DNA from: an uncultured Gemmatimonadales bacterium
GTDB lineage: Bacteria > Gemmatimonadota > Gemmatimonadetes > Gemmatimonadales > GWC2-71-9
Length of the DNA stretch: 64,000 nucleotides
Reading direction: 5' to 3'
NCBI GenBank assembly: GCA_963828735.1
Contig: CAWHFW010000005.1
Location: 64,001-128,000 of the forward strand
Positions 46,449 through 55,933 of this stretch are shown here, piece by piece; within the stretch, counting starts at the first letter, position 1; each line of letters opens with the position of its first letter. Made by a program: the position numbers and the translations under genes. Under the pieces are notes generated by a model, which did not search any database, was not told the origin of the DNA, and worked only from the letters and a program-made list of their open reading frames with translations.

Positions 46449-47260
46449 TGCGCCGCCTGTTCCGGTGGCTGATGGACGGGTACGCCATCCTGGTGCTCGG
46501 CTACCTGTTCCTGCCGATCTTCGTGATCATCCTGTACAGCTTCAACAAGCCGGCGGGCAAGTTCAACTTCGTCTGGAAGGCGTTCTCGATCGACGCGTGG
46601 CGAAATCCGTTCGCCTACGAAGCGCTGTACGAGTCCATGAAGCTGAGCCTGCGCGTGGCGGCGCTCTCGACGGCCGTGGCGACGGTGTTCGGAACCCTGA
46701 TCGCGCTCGCGCTGACCCGGTATCGGTTTCGGGGCAGCTCAGCCGTCAACCTGCTGCTGGTCCTGCCGCTTACCACGCCCGAAGTGGTGCTCGGCTCGTC
46801 GCTGCTCTCGCTGTTCCTGGACGTGAACGTTCGAACCGGCTTCAGCACCATCGTCATCGCGCACATCATGTTCTCGGTGAGCTACGTCGCGCTGACGGTG
46901 CGGGCGCGGATCCGCGGCTTCGACTGGACCCTCGAGGAAGCGGCGATGGATCTCGGGGCGCCGCCATTCCGGGTGTTCTACAAGGTCACCCTGCCGATCA
47001 TCGCGCCGGGCATCGTGGCGGCGGCGATGCTCGCCTTCGCGCTGTCCCTGGACGATTTCATCATCACGCTGTTCAACGCCGGCAACCGCGTGACCTATCC
47101 GCTTTACGTGTACGGCGCCCGTCGCGCGGCGTTCCCCCCGCAGATCAACGTGCTGGCAACCGCGATCCTCCTCCTCAGCCTTCTCGCGCTGGGCGCCACC
47201 GTGCTCTGGCAGCAGCGCACCCTCCGCCAGCGGGGAATGGCCGTCACGCCGCTCGCCTGA
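46448..47260 (+). CDS. potC: Polyamine ABC transporter permease
   Basis: YLFLPI..YSFN; PEVVLG; LEEAAMDLGA; FALSLDDF. Confidence 0.9.
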   Translation: MRRLFRWLMDGYAILVLGYLFLPIFVIILYSFNKPAGKFNFVWKAFSIDAWRNPFAYEALYESMKLSLRVAALSTAVATVFGTLIALALTRYRFRGSSAVNLLLVLPLTTPEVVLGSSLLSLFLDVNVRTGFSTIVIAHIMFSVSYVALTVRARIRGFDWTLEEAAMDLGAPPFRVFYKVTLPIIAPGIVAAAMLAFALSLDDFIITLFNAGNRVTYPLYVYGARRAAFPPQINVLATAILLLSLLALGATVLWQQRTLRQRGMAVTPLA

Positions 47261-47267
47261 CCTGCCG

Positions 47268-48650
47268 ATGACGCCGGATCCCATCGAACAGGCCTGCTTC
47301 TGGCTCGCCCGTCGCGCGCCGCGCCGCTGGTCCGAGCTGACGGGCACGCAGCAGGCCGAGATCGCCATTGTGGGCGCGGGACTCACCGGCCTGTGGACAG
47401 CCTTGTTCCTCAAGGCGCTCGAGCCGGAGCTCGAGGTCGCCGTCGTGGAGCAGGGGCTCGCGGCTCACGGGGCAAGCGGACGGAACGGCGGCATGCTGTC
47501 GGAGACGGTGGACCACAGCCATGGTCTCGCGATCGAGCATTTCGGTCCGGCCGAGGCGCGGGTCCTGGCCCGCCTCGGCGAAGCGAACGTGGCCGAGATG
47601 ACGGCCTTCCTCGCCGCGCGCGGCATCCGGTGCGACTACGAGCCGACCGGGCGCCTCATGGTGGCGCTCACGCCCGCTCACGTGGACGAGGCTCGCCGGA
47701 CGGTCGAGACCGCACGCGCCCTCGGACTCGACTCGTTTCACCTGCTCGACACGGAGGCGGTGCGCGCCGAGATCCATTCGCCGCTCTACCTCGGCGGCGT
47801 GCGCGTCACCGGCGGCGGGATCCTGGACCCCGTCAAGCTGGTGGATGGCCTCCGGGCCGAGGCCGAGCGGATCGGCGTGCGCGTGTGGGAGCGGAGCCCC
47901 GTGCTGGCGGTCGAGGCGTCGGGCGCCGGCGCGCGGGTCAGAACCGCTCGGGGCACCATCGCGGCGCGCCGGGCCGTCCTGGCCACGAGCGCCTACACGC
48001 ACCACCTCCTGCCGCAGGTGACGCGGCGCTTCATTCCACTCTACGACTACATCCTGGTGAGCGACCCGCTCACGGCCGATCAGCACGAGGCGATCGGCTG
48101 GCGCGGCCGCCAGGGCGTGACCGACGGCCGCTCGTTCTTCAACTACTACCGGCTCACCTCGGACGACCGGGTCCTGTGGGGGACGAGCGAAGCGGCCTAC
48201 TACGCGGGCAATCGGGTCGATCCCTCGTGCGACCACTCGCCGTCTCATTACGCCGCGCTGCGGGAGAGCTTCCGCCGGCATTTCCCGGCGCTTGGCGGGC
48301 TCGAGTTTCCGTACGCCTGGGGCGGCGCGATCTGTTCGACGACGCGGATGACGCCGTATTTCGGCCGGGCGCTCGGCGGCCGGCTCTGCTATGGGCTCGG
48401 GTATACCGGCCACGGCCTCGGCACGACCCGGCTTGCCGGGCGGATCCTGGCGCACCTGGCCCTCGACCGGCCGAGCGAGCTGCTGCAGCTATCGCTGGTG
48501 ACGCGGAAGCCGTTCCCCTACCCGCCGGAGCCGCTGCGCTCCTGGTCGGTCGCAGCGGTCACGCGCGCGCTCCGGCGCGTGGATCGGGGCGAGCAGCCGA
48601 ATGTGATGCTGCGAGTGTTGGAGCGGATGGGGATCGGATTCTCGAGCTGA
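47268..48650 (+). CDS. FAD-dependent oxidoreductase (PuuB/DAO-like amine oxidase)
   Basis: IVGAGLTGLWTA; GASGRNGG; YYRLT.D.R; GYTGHG; FPYPPEPLR. Confidence 0.88.
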   Translation: MTPDPIEQACFWLARRAPRRWSELTGTQQAEIAIVGAGLTGLWTALFLKALEPELEVAVVEQGLAAHGASGRNGGMLSETVDHSHGLAIEHFGPAEARVLARLGEANVAEMTAFLAARGIRCDYEPTGRLMVALTPAHVDEARRTVETARALGLDSFHLLDTEAVRAEIHSPLYLGGVRVTGGGILDPVKLVDGLRAEAERIGVRVWERSPVLAVEASGAGARVRTARGTIAARRAVLATSAYTHHLLPQVTRRFIPLYDYILVSDPLTADQHEAIGWRGRQGVTDGRSFFNYYRLTSDDRVLWGTSEAAYYAGNRVDPSCDHSPSHYAALRESFRRHFPALGGLEFPYAWGGAICSTTRMTPYFGRALGGRLCYGLGYTGHGLGTTRLAGRILAHLALDRPSELLQLSLVTRKPFPYPPEPLRSWSVAAVTRALRRVDRGEQPNVMLRVLERMGIGFSS

Positions 48651-48725
48651 AGGAAGGCGATGGCCGACGGGCGGAAGGTCGCGGCCGGTGCGAAAGGGTG
48701 GAGCCGGATCTCCGGGATCTCGACA

Positions 48726-48795
48726 GAGCGGAAGCGACCGAGGGATCTTCCCGAGGGATGGCCCGAGCCATCTGGAAAGATCCCTCGCTCCGCTC
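48726..48795. repeat. REP-like palindromic element, copy 1
   Basis: CGAGGGATCTT (48739-48749) pairs with AAGATCCCTCG (48777-48787); outer GAGCGGA/TCCGCTC pair; lies between convergent genes. Confidence 0.7.
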
Positions 48796-48834
48796 GGAAC
48801 AGTTGCCCCCGAGGAACGGGCGCGCCTCCGCTCC

Positions 48835-50196
48835 CTATCTCTCCACCTTCCCGAGCGCCAGGTCCAGCACCTCCAGCGTGAAATCCACGTCCGCCGCGGT
48901 GATGCACATCGGCGGCTTGATCCGGAGCGTGTTGCCGGACAGCCCGCCTTTGCCGACAAGCACGCCCATCTCGCGCATCGCCTCCCACACCGCGAGCGTT
49001 TCCTGCGTGGCCGGCTCCTTGGTCTCGCGGTCGCGCACGAGCTCGCAGCCCAGCATCAGGCCCATGCCGCGCACGTCGCCGATGAGGCGATGTCGTTGCT
49101 GCAGCTCCTCGAGGCCCGCCTTGAGGCGGCCGCCCACGGCGCTCGCGTTGTCCTGCAGGCCGTCCTCGTCGATGATGTCGAGCACCGCGAGGCCGGCAGC
49201 CATCGAGACCGGATTACCGCCGAAGGTGTTGAAGTGGATCCGTTGGGTCAGCGACTCGGCGATCTCCCGGCGCGTCGTCACCGCCGCGAGCGGCCAGCCG
49301 TTCCCGATCCCCTTGGCCATGGTCACGATGTCGGGGACGACGCCGGAGTTCTGGAACCCCCAGTAGTGAGCGCCCGTGCGGCCGAAACCGGTCTGCACCT
49401 CATCGGCGATGCAGAGCCCGCCATGCTCGCGCGCGATGGCGTACGCCTCACGCAGGTAGTTGGGCGCGCCGTGCGTCGCTCCGCCGACGCCCTGGATGGG
49501 CTCGGCGATGAACGCGGCGATCTTCCCCGGCGTCGAATAGCGGATCAGGTCGCGGATGTCCTCGGCGCTCTTGTGCGCGATCTCCTCGGGCGTGCCGTCG
49601 AAGGGGCTGCGGTACGGATCGGGGTTGATCGCGTGATGGATGCCGAGGTTGGGCTGCTGCGGAAACTTCCAGGTGTGGTGCGACGTGAGCGCCATCGTGG
49701 ACGGCGAGCCGCCGTGGTAGCCGTTGCGCACGCCGACCACGTCGTTGTTGCCCGTGAACGCCCGGGCCATCAGCACGGCGAGGTCGTTGGCCTCGCTCCC
49801 GCTGTTCACGAAGTACGTGACGTCGAGGCCGGCAGGCATCTTTCCCGCCAGGCGCTTCGCCATCAGCGGGAAATTGGGATGGAGATAGATCGTCGTGGTG
49901 TGCTGGATGGCGTCGACCTGCGCCTTGATCCGCTCGACGAACTTGGGATGCGAGTGGCCGCACGACACCGTCACGATCCCGGCGAACATGTCCAGATACC
50001 GGCGCCCGGTCTCGTCGTAGAGGTATTGCATGAACCCCTCGACCACCATCAGCGGCTCGCGGTAGTACAGGAACGTGCTCGGATGGCAGTACTGCCGCCG
50101 CATCGCGAGCACCTCCTGCTTGGAGGGGCCGCTGTACGGGCGCGGGGTGTGGTCGCTCGCCGGCATGGCCGGGCGAGCCGACGCGGTCAGGGTCAC
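48835..50196 (-). CDS. Class III aminotransferase (AGXT2 / beta-alanine-pyruvate transaminase-like)
   Basis: YFVNSGSEANDLA; YHG; EPIQGVGG; ADEVQTGFGRTG; TMAKGIGNG; NTFGGNP. Confidence 0.9.
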   Translation of the reverse strand: MTLTASARPAMPASDHTPRPYSGPSKQEVLAMRRQYCHPSTFLYYREPLMVVEGFMQYLYDETGRRYLDMFAGIVTVSCGHSHPKFVERIKAQVDAIQHTTTIYLHPNFPLMAKRLAGKMPAGLDVTYFVNSGSEANDLAVLMARAFTGNNDVVGVRNGYHGGSPSTMALTSHHTWKFPQQPNLGIHHAINPDPYRSPFDGTPEEIAHKSAEDIRDLIRYSTPGKIAAFIAEPIQGVGGATHGAPNYLREAYAIAREHGGLCIADEVQTGFGRTGAHYWGFQNSGVVPDIVTMAKGIGNGWPLAAVTTRREIAESLTQRIHFNTFGGNPVSMAAGLAVLDIIDEDGLQDNASAVGGRLKAGLEELQQRHRLIGDVRGMGLMLGCELVRDRETKEPATQETLAVWEAMREMGVLVGKGGLSGNTLRIKPPMCITAADVDFTLEVLDLALGKVER

Positions 50197-50218
50197 GGCA
50201 TGCTCCTGGGGAAGGGCC

Positions 50219-51730
50219 TCACTTCGACATCCAGTTCGTTCCGGCCTCGCGGTTCCACTTGGTCGTGATCTTCTTGGCCTTCGTCCAGAACTCGATCGAG
50301 CCGCGGCCGGTGATGTCGCCGACGCCGAACTTCGATTCGTTCCACCCGCCGAATGGGAAGGGCTCGCGGGGGACGGGAACGCCGACGTTGATGCCCACCA
50401 TGCCGGCGCTGGCCAGCTCCATCGTCCGACGCGCCAAGCCGCCGCTCTCCGTGAAGATCGAGGCGGCGTTGCCGTAGGGCGACGCGTTCTCGACCGCGAT
50501 CGCCTCGTCCAGGTCGCGTGCCCGCACGATGGCGAGTACGGGGCCGAACACCTCTTCCCGCGCGATCCGCATCTCGGGCCGCACGTGGTCGATCACGGTC
50601 GGACCGACCCAGAAGCCGCCTTCGTGCCCCGGGGCCGTGGCATTCCGCCCGTCCACCAGCACCGTCGCGCCCGCCTCCTCGGCGTCGGCGATGGCGTGCT
50701 CGATCCGTTCCTTCGCGGCGCGGGTGATGACCGGACCGACATCGCGACCCACGACCATCGCGCGCGCTTGCGCCGCGAGACGGTCCACGATGTGATCGGT
50801 CGCGGAGACCGCGACCATCACCGAGGCGGCCATGCACCGTTGTCCCGTACAGCCGCTCATCGCGGCGAGCACGCCGCCCGCGGCCATCTCGGGATCGGCG
50901 TCCGGCATGACGATCACGTGATTCTTCGCGCCACCGAGCGCGAGGACCCGCTTGAGAGCCGCCGTGCCCCGGCGGTAGACCTCCTTCGCGACGGCCGTGG
51001 AGCCCACGAAGCTCACCGCTTCGATGCCCGCATGATCCAGGATGGCCTCCGCCGCCTCGCGTCCGCCGTGCACCACGTTGAGCACGCCGTCGGGGAGTCC
51101 GGCCTCGCGCAGCAGCGCCGCAATACGACCCGCGCTCAACGGCACCTGCTCCGACGGCTTCATGATGAAGGTGTTGCCGAGGGCGATGGCGTTCGCCAGG
51201 GACCAGTGCGGCACCATCGATGGGAAGTTGAACGGATTGATCGAGGCGACGACGCCGAGCGGATGCCGCTCCAGGCGGCATTCCACACCACGGCTCACTT
51301 CCATGACCTCCCCGACGGCAATCTGTGGGAGGGAGCAGGCGAACTCCGTCAGCTCGATCGCCTTGAGGATCTCTGCCTCCGCCTCGCTCTTGATCTTGCC
51401 GTGCTCCTCGGTGATCAGTGCGCCCAGGTCGGTCAGGTGCCGCTCCAGCAGCGCCTTGTAGCGATAGAAGACCTGTACCCGCTCCTTGATCGGCGTGGCG
51501 GCCCAGCCGGGGAAGGCCCGGCGGGCTGCGGTGACGGCCTGGTCCACCTCGACGGCGCCGCCGAGCGGCACACGGCTGATGACCGCACCGGTCGACGGAT
51601 CGAGCACGTCGAGGAATCGAGGGCCGCCGGCGACGGACTGGCCGCCGATCCAGTGATGAACGTCCGGATGCGCGCGAGGAGCCCCGCGCTCTTGCGCGGC
51701 TGCGGTGGCTCTGAGATCAAGGGAGGTCAC
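50219..51730 (-). CDS. mmsA: CoA-acylating (methyl)malonate-semialdehyde dehydrogenase
   Basis: PFNFP.MVP.W; KPSE; SFVGST; GGAKNH; GQRCMA; EEVFGPVL; GINVGVPVP. Confidence 0.9.
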   Translation of the reverse strand: MTSLDLRATAAAQERGAPRAHPDVHHWIGGQSVAGGPRFLDVLDPSTGAVISRVPLGGAVEVDQAVTAARRAFPGWAATPIKERVQVFYRYKALLERHLTDLGALITEEHGKIKSEAEAEILKAIELTEFACSLPQIAVGEVMEVSRGVECRLERHPLGVVASINPFNFPSMVPHWSLANAIALGNTFIMKPSEQVPLSAGRIAALLREAGLPDGVLNVVHGGREAAEAILDHAGIEAVSFVGSTAVAKEVYRRGTAALKRVLALGGAKNHVIVMPDADPEMAAGGVLAAMSGCTGQRCMAASVMVAVSATDHIVDRLAAQARAMVVGRDVGPVITRAAKERIEHAIADAEEAGATVLVDGRNATAPGHEGGFWVGPTVIDHVRPEMRIAREEVFGPVLAIVRARDLDEAIAVENASPYGNAASIFTESGGLARRTMELASAGMVGINVGVPVPREPFPFGGWNESKFGVGDITGRGSIEFWTKAKKITTKWNREAGTNWMSK

Positions 51731-51841
51731 GGCTACACCCCGGTCGGGTAGAGAGGAGGCGCTGGAGGCGTCCGATGAGTCTGCCGGGCGGGCAACGGAA
51801 TGTCAATGCGGGACGGGCGGAAGGATAACGGGCCAAGGCCC

Positions 51842-51920
51842 TCATCCCGAACGAAGCGAGGGACCTTCCACGCCAGCCCTCGTGCAGTGGCGGAAAAGGT
51901 CCCTCGCTTCGCTCAGGAGA
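51842..51920. repeat. REP-like palindromic element, copy 2
   Basis: CGAAGCGAGGGACCTT (51852-51867) pairs perfectly with AAGGTCCCTCGCTTCG (51896-51911); TCATCCCGA left end. Confidence 0.75.
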
Positions 51921-51927
51921 GTGGTTC

Positions 51928-52407
51928 CTATTGCTTCTTCACCGCGAACGTCTTCGCCTCGGCGGAGTCCCCATTCAAATAGAGCATCACCATGTACGTT
52001 CCCGGCTTCCACCCCTTTGCCGGTGCGAGGTGAAGCTCCTTGTTGCCGGTATCCCCCGCCCCGATGGTCGTGGACGACGAATCCAGCGTCTTGCCCCCCT
52101 GTGCCAGCCAGCGCGCGGTAATGCTCCCTGCGCTCGGCGCTCCCTGAATGCCCGCCGACACGTACACCGTATCCGTGGGGGCGAACTGAAAGGTCGGCTC
52201 CGCGATCCGGTTTTCGGGGCCGAGGCGTTTTCCGATCATGACGGTGGCTAAGCGCTGCGGACCCGTCTTGGCCGCCTGGGCGGCGGAGTCGGCGGCGCGA
52301 GCGGCGGGGTCGACGGCCGCGGTCTCCGTTCCCTTGTCACTCTTGCCGCAGGCGACGAGTACGGCCGCGGTGAGCGCGGCGGGCAGCAGCATCCGGCGGA
52401 ACCCCAT
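51928..52407 (-). CDS. Uncharacterised lipoprotein (beta-rich), paralog A
   Basis: Lipobox LVAC; GGAGG SD; clear similarity to 58336-58791. Confidence 0.8.
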   Translation of the reverse strand: MGFRRMLLPAALTAAVLVACGKSDKGTETAAVDPAARAADSAAQAAKTGPQRLATVMIGKRLGPENRIAEPTFQFAPTDTVYVSAGIQGAPSAGSITARWLAQGGKTLDSSSTTIGAGDTGNKELHLAPAKGWKPGTYMVMLYLNGDSAEAKTFAVKKQ

Positions 52408-52518
52408 GGTCTGGCCTCCGATGAGCGTGCGTGACACCCGGCCCCGTGCCGGGAGGGAGTCCAACAGGTGGCGAAAACATGGGCGGAGGCGCCGTGACGG
52501 TGGTCACCGGTGACTCCG

Positions 52519-52932
52519 CTACCGCGATCCCGCCATGCCCAGCAGCCGTTTCCATTGCTCCGGCGGAACCGGGATGACGCTCAGCCGTGACATGCGGACG
52601 AGACCCAGATCCGCGAACGCCGGATCGGCCTTGATCTCCGCGAGCGTAACCGGCCGCGGAAGCCGGTCTCCCGCCTCCACGTCCACCACGGTGAGCTTGG
52701 CGTCCGTCGCCTTCGGATCGGGATACGGATCCGACACGATGCGGGCAAGCCCCACGAGCGATTTTTCGTCACCCGAGTGGTAGATGAAGACCTGGTCGCC
52801 CTTGGCCATGCCGCGAATGTGCTTGAGCGCGAGCGCGTTGGTGACGCCATCCCACACCGCGCGTCGCTCGCGCACGAGTTGATCGAACGGATAGGTATCC
52901 GTATCGGTCTTGAGGATCCAGAAGTTGGCCAT
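52519..52932 (-). CDS. EVE domain protein
   Basis: FWILKT..., WDGV.N..A, GD.VFIYHS, YPDP, LVRMSRLSV.PV. Confidence 0.92.
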   Translation of the reverse strand: MANFWILKTDTDTYPFDQLVRERRAVWDGVTNALALKHIRGMAKGDQVFIYHSGDEKSLVGLARIVSDPYPDPKATDAKLTVVDVEAGDRLPRPVTLAEIKADPAFADLGLVRMSRLSVIPVPPEQWKRLLGMAGSR

Positions 52933-52995
52933 TACCTGACCTCGAGCTCCTTGCTGCCCGCAGCCGCTGGGCGAGTGGCGGCGGGGCGGTCGATC

Positions 52996-55155
52996 TCAGG
53001 GAGTCGGCGAGTCCCGCCGCTCGATGTCCGTCACGCCCTTCACCTTCCGCACCGCCTTCAGGACCTTGCCGAGGTGCGGAAGGTTGTCGACTTCCACGAA
53101 GATGGTGCCGAAGACCGAGCCGTCCTTGGTGTGGAGGTCGGCGCCGCGGATATTGGTCCCCGTCTGGCTCACCGCCTCCATGATGTCCGCGTAGAGACCG
53201 CGCCGGTCCTCGCCCGTGACGGCGAGCCGCACGGCGAAGGCCTCGCCCGCCGTCTCCTGCCAGTCGATGTCCACCCGCCGCTGCTCCGCGGCGAGCGTGA
53301 GCAGATTCGGGCAATCGGAGCGGTGAATCGAGATCCCGCGGCCCTGCGTGACGTAGCCGACGACCGAGTCGCCCGGCACGGGCTGGCAGCACTGGGCGTA
53401 GCGGACCATCAGTCCGTCCACGCCCTGGATCTTGATGCCCCGGCCGAGGCGGATCCGGTCGATGACACGTCCGAACACCGTGGCCTTGGGCTCCTGAATT
53501 TCGTCCGACGCGAGATCCGGATAGAGCGCCTTGATCACCTGGCCGATGTTCACGTCTCCTCGGCCGACCGCGATCTCGAGCCCCCGGCCGTCGGCGAGCG
53601 ACAGCGTGGCCGCAGCCTTGGTGAGGCGCGCGTCGTCGGGCATCTCGAGGCGCCGCTTCCGCACCTCGCGCGCGAGGATCTCGCGACCGAGGCCGAGGCT
53701 GACCGTCTCCTCCTCGTGATTCACCCATTGCTTGATCTTGTGCCGGGCGCGCGCCGTGCGAACGTGGCTCAGCCAATCGCGGCTCGGCTTGGCGCCTGTC
53801 CCCGTGAGGATCTCCACCGTATCCCCGCTCTTGAGCTCCCGGTGGAGCGGGGCGATCCGGCCGTTGATCTTGGCGCCCTGGCACTTGAGCCCGACTTCGG
53901 TGTGCACGTGGAAGGCGAAGTCGATCGGCGTGGACCCCTTGGGCAGCCGCTTCACGTCGCCATGCGGCGTGAAGACGAAGATTTCGTCCTGGTAGAGGTC
54001 GATCTTCAGGAACTCGAGAAACTCCTCGGGACTATGCGTGTCCTGCTGGAGCTCGAGAAGCTGCCGGAACCAGCCGAGGTGGTGGTCCAGCTCGTCGGGT
54101 GTTCCGTCCCGTTTGTAGAGCCAGTGGGCCGCGATACCGTATTCGGCCGTTCGGTGCATTTCCTGGGTGCGGATTTGCACCTCGAAGAGCTGCCCTCCCG
54201 GTCCGAAGATCGTGGTGTGCAGCGACTGGTAGGCGTTCGACTTGGGGCTCGCGATGTAGTCCTTGATCCGCTCCTGGATGGGCGTCCAGTTGTGGTGGAT
54301 GATGCCCAGCACGTGATAGCAGTCGGGCACGCTGCGCACGATCACGCGGATGGCCATGAGGTCGTAGATCTCCTCGAAGCCCTTGTTCCGCCGCCGCATC
54401 TTCTGGAAGATGGACCACAGATGCTTCGGGCGCCCGGTGACCTCGAAGCCGTCGATGCCGGCGCGCTTGAGCTCGTACTCGAGCGGTGTGCGAAGCTTGA
54501 GGATGGTCTGCTCGCGCTGCGCGCGCTTGGACGCCACCTGATTGACCAGCTCGCGGTAGTCGTCGGACTCGAGGAACTTGAAGGCGAGGTCCTCGAGCTC
54601 CGCCTTCATGCCCGCCATGCCAAACCGGTGCGCGAGTGGCGCGTAGATCTCCCGGGTCTCGAGGGCGATGCGGCTCCGGCGCTCGGGCGGGAGGTGCTCG
54701 AGCGTGCGCATGTTGTGCAGCCGATCGCCGAGCTTGATGATGATGACGCGCGCGTCCTTCGCGATCGAGAGCAGCAGCTTCCGGTAGTTCTCGACCTGCT
54801 CCTCGGCGGACGATCGGAACGTGAGGCTCGAGATCTTCGTGAGCCCGTCCACGATCCCCGCGATCTCGCCGCCGAACTCGCGGGCGATGTCCTCGGTGCG
54901 GACCTCGGAGTCCTCCACGACGTCGTGGAGGAGGGCGGCGGCGATGGTGGTGCTGTCGAGAAGCTGCTCGGCCAGGATGAGCGCGACGGCGATGCTGTGC
55001 GAGACGAAGTCCTCGCCCGACATCCGTTTCTGGCCCCGGTGGGCGGACGCGCTGAAGCGGAGCGCGCGTTCGATCAGGTCGAGATCGAGCCGATCGGCGT
55101 GACGCTCGAGCACCGCCCGGAGGTCCGGGGCGATGTCGGGCAAGGTGCCGGTCAC
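52996..55155 (-). CDS. relA: Bifunctional (p)ppGpp synthetase/hydrolase (Rel/SpoT)
   Basis: H.GQ.R.SGE; LLHDVVED; DRLHNMRT; YQSLHTT; EVQIRT; TGS domain; CCQPVPGD; ACT domain. Confidence 0.96.
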   Translation of the reverse strand: MTGTLPDIAPDLRAVLERHADRLDLDLIERALRFSASAHRGQKRMSGEDFVSHSIAVALILAEQLLDSTTIAAALLHDVVEDSEVRTEDIAREFGGEIAGIVDGLTKISSLTFRSSAEEQVENYRKLLLSIAKDARVIIIKLGDRLHNMRTLEHLPPERRSRIALETREIYAPLAHRFGMAGMKAELEDLAFKFLESDDYRELVNQVASKRAQREQTILKLRTPLEYELKRAGIDGFEVTGRPKHLWSIFQKMRRRNKGFEEIYDLMAIRVIVRSVPDCYHVLGIIHHNWTPIQERIKDYIASPKSNAYQSLHTTIFGPGGQLFEVQIRTQEMHRTAEYGIAAHWLYKRDGTPDELDHHLGWFRQLLELQQDTHSPEEFLEFLKIDLYQDEIFVFTPHGDVKRLPKGSTPIDFAFHVHTEVGLKCQGAKINGRIAPLHRELKSGDTVEILTGTGAKPSRDWLSHVRTARARHKIKQWVNHEEETVSLGLGREILAREVRKRRLEMPDDARLTKAAATLSLADGRGLEIAVGRGDVNIGQVIKALYPDLASDEIQEPKATVFGRVIDRIRLGRGIKIQGVDGLMVRYAQCCQPVPGDSVVGYVTQGRGISIHRSDCPNLLTLAAEQRRVDIDWQETAGEAFAVRLAVTGEDRRGLYADIMEAVSQTGTNIRGADLHTKDGSVFGTIFVEVDNLPHLGKVLKAVRKVKGVTDIERRDSPTP

Positions 55156-55835
55156 AGCAGGCCGGCGCAGGCGAAGCTCACGAAGCGATCTCCCGCGATG
55201 ATGACGTGATCGTACAGGGGCAGGTCCAGCAGGCGACCCGCAGCCGCGAGCTGCTGGGTGACCGCCCGATCCTCTGCCGACGGGGTCGGATCCCCGCTCG
55301 GGTGGTTATGGACGACGATGATCCCTGCCGCGGCCTCCGCGATCGCGGCGCGGAACACCTCTCGGGGATGGACCAGGGAACTGTTCAGCAGCCCGCGGGT
55401 GACCAGCACCTCCCGCAATATCTGGCTCTGGCTATCCAGCGCGAGCAGGTGGAACTCCTCGACCTGCAGGTCCCGAAGCCTGCCTCCAAACAGGCGGGCG
55501 ACATCGTCCGGTTCCCGGATCCGCACCACCGGCGGGCGCTCTTCCCGCGCCAATCGGGCGCCCAACTCGAAGGCGGCGAGCAGCCGGGCAGCCTTCGTGG
55601 GCCCGACGCCGGACGTCCGCAGCAATTCCGCCGGCGGCCGAGTGGCGAGACGTCTGAGCGAGCCTTCGCCAACCTCGAGCAGCCGGACGGACACGTCGAG
55701 AACGCTGGATGTCGCGTCGCCTGTACCTATCAGGATGGCGATAAGTTCGGCGGTCGTCAACGCGGCGGGGCCGAGGGACCAGAGGCGCTCTCGCGGGCGA
55801 TCGGTCGCGGGCAGGGCGGAGGGCGATGGCAGCAT
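55152..55835 (-). CDS. radC: RadC / JAB-domain protein
   Basis: RPRERL; VHPREVF; HNHPSGDPTPS.ED; DHVII. Confidence 0.95.
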   Translation of the reverse strand: MLPSPSALPATDRPRERLWSLGPAALTTAELIAILIGTGDATSSVLDVSVRLLEVGEGSLRRLATRPPAELLRTSGVGPTKAARLLAAFELGARLAREERPPVVRIREPDDVARLFGGRLRDLQVEEFHLLALDSQSQILREVLVTRGLLNSSLVHPREVFRAAIAEAAAGIIVVHNHPSGDPTPSAEDRAVTQQLAAAGRLLDLPLYDHVIIAGDRFVSFACAGLL

Positions 55836-55933
55836 CCCGAAAGGTAGGGGCGTCCGCCAGCCTCGACGGTGCCAATATCCTGCTGCGGCACAGCAATTTA
55901 CGCCCGACCACCGGGGCCCAACCTTCGGCTCGG

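Noticed and set aside
55152..55835. radC as a marker of an integrated mobile element
   Set aside because: It is the full-length chromosomal type coupled to rel; no integrase, att site or transposase is visible
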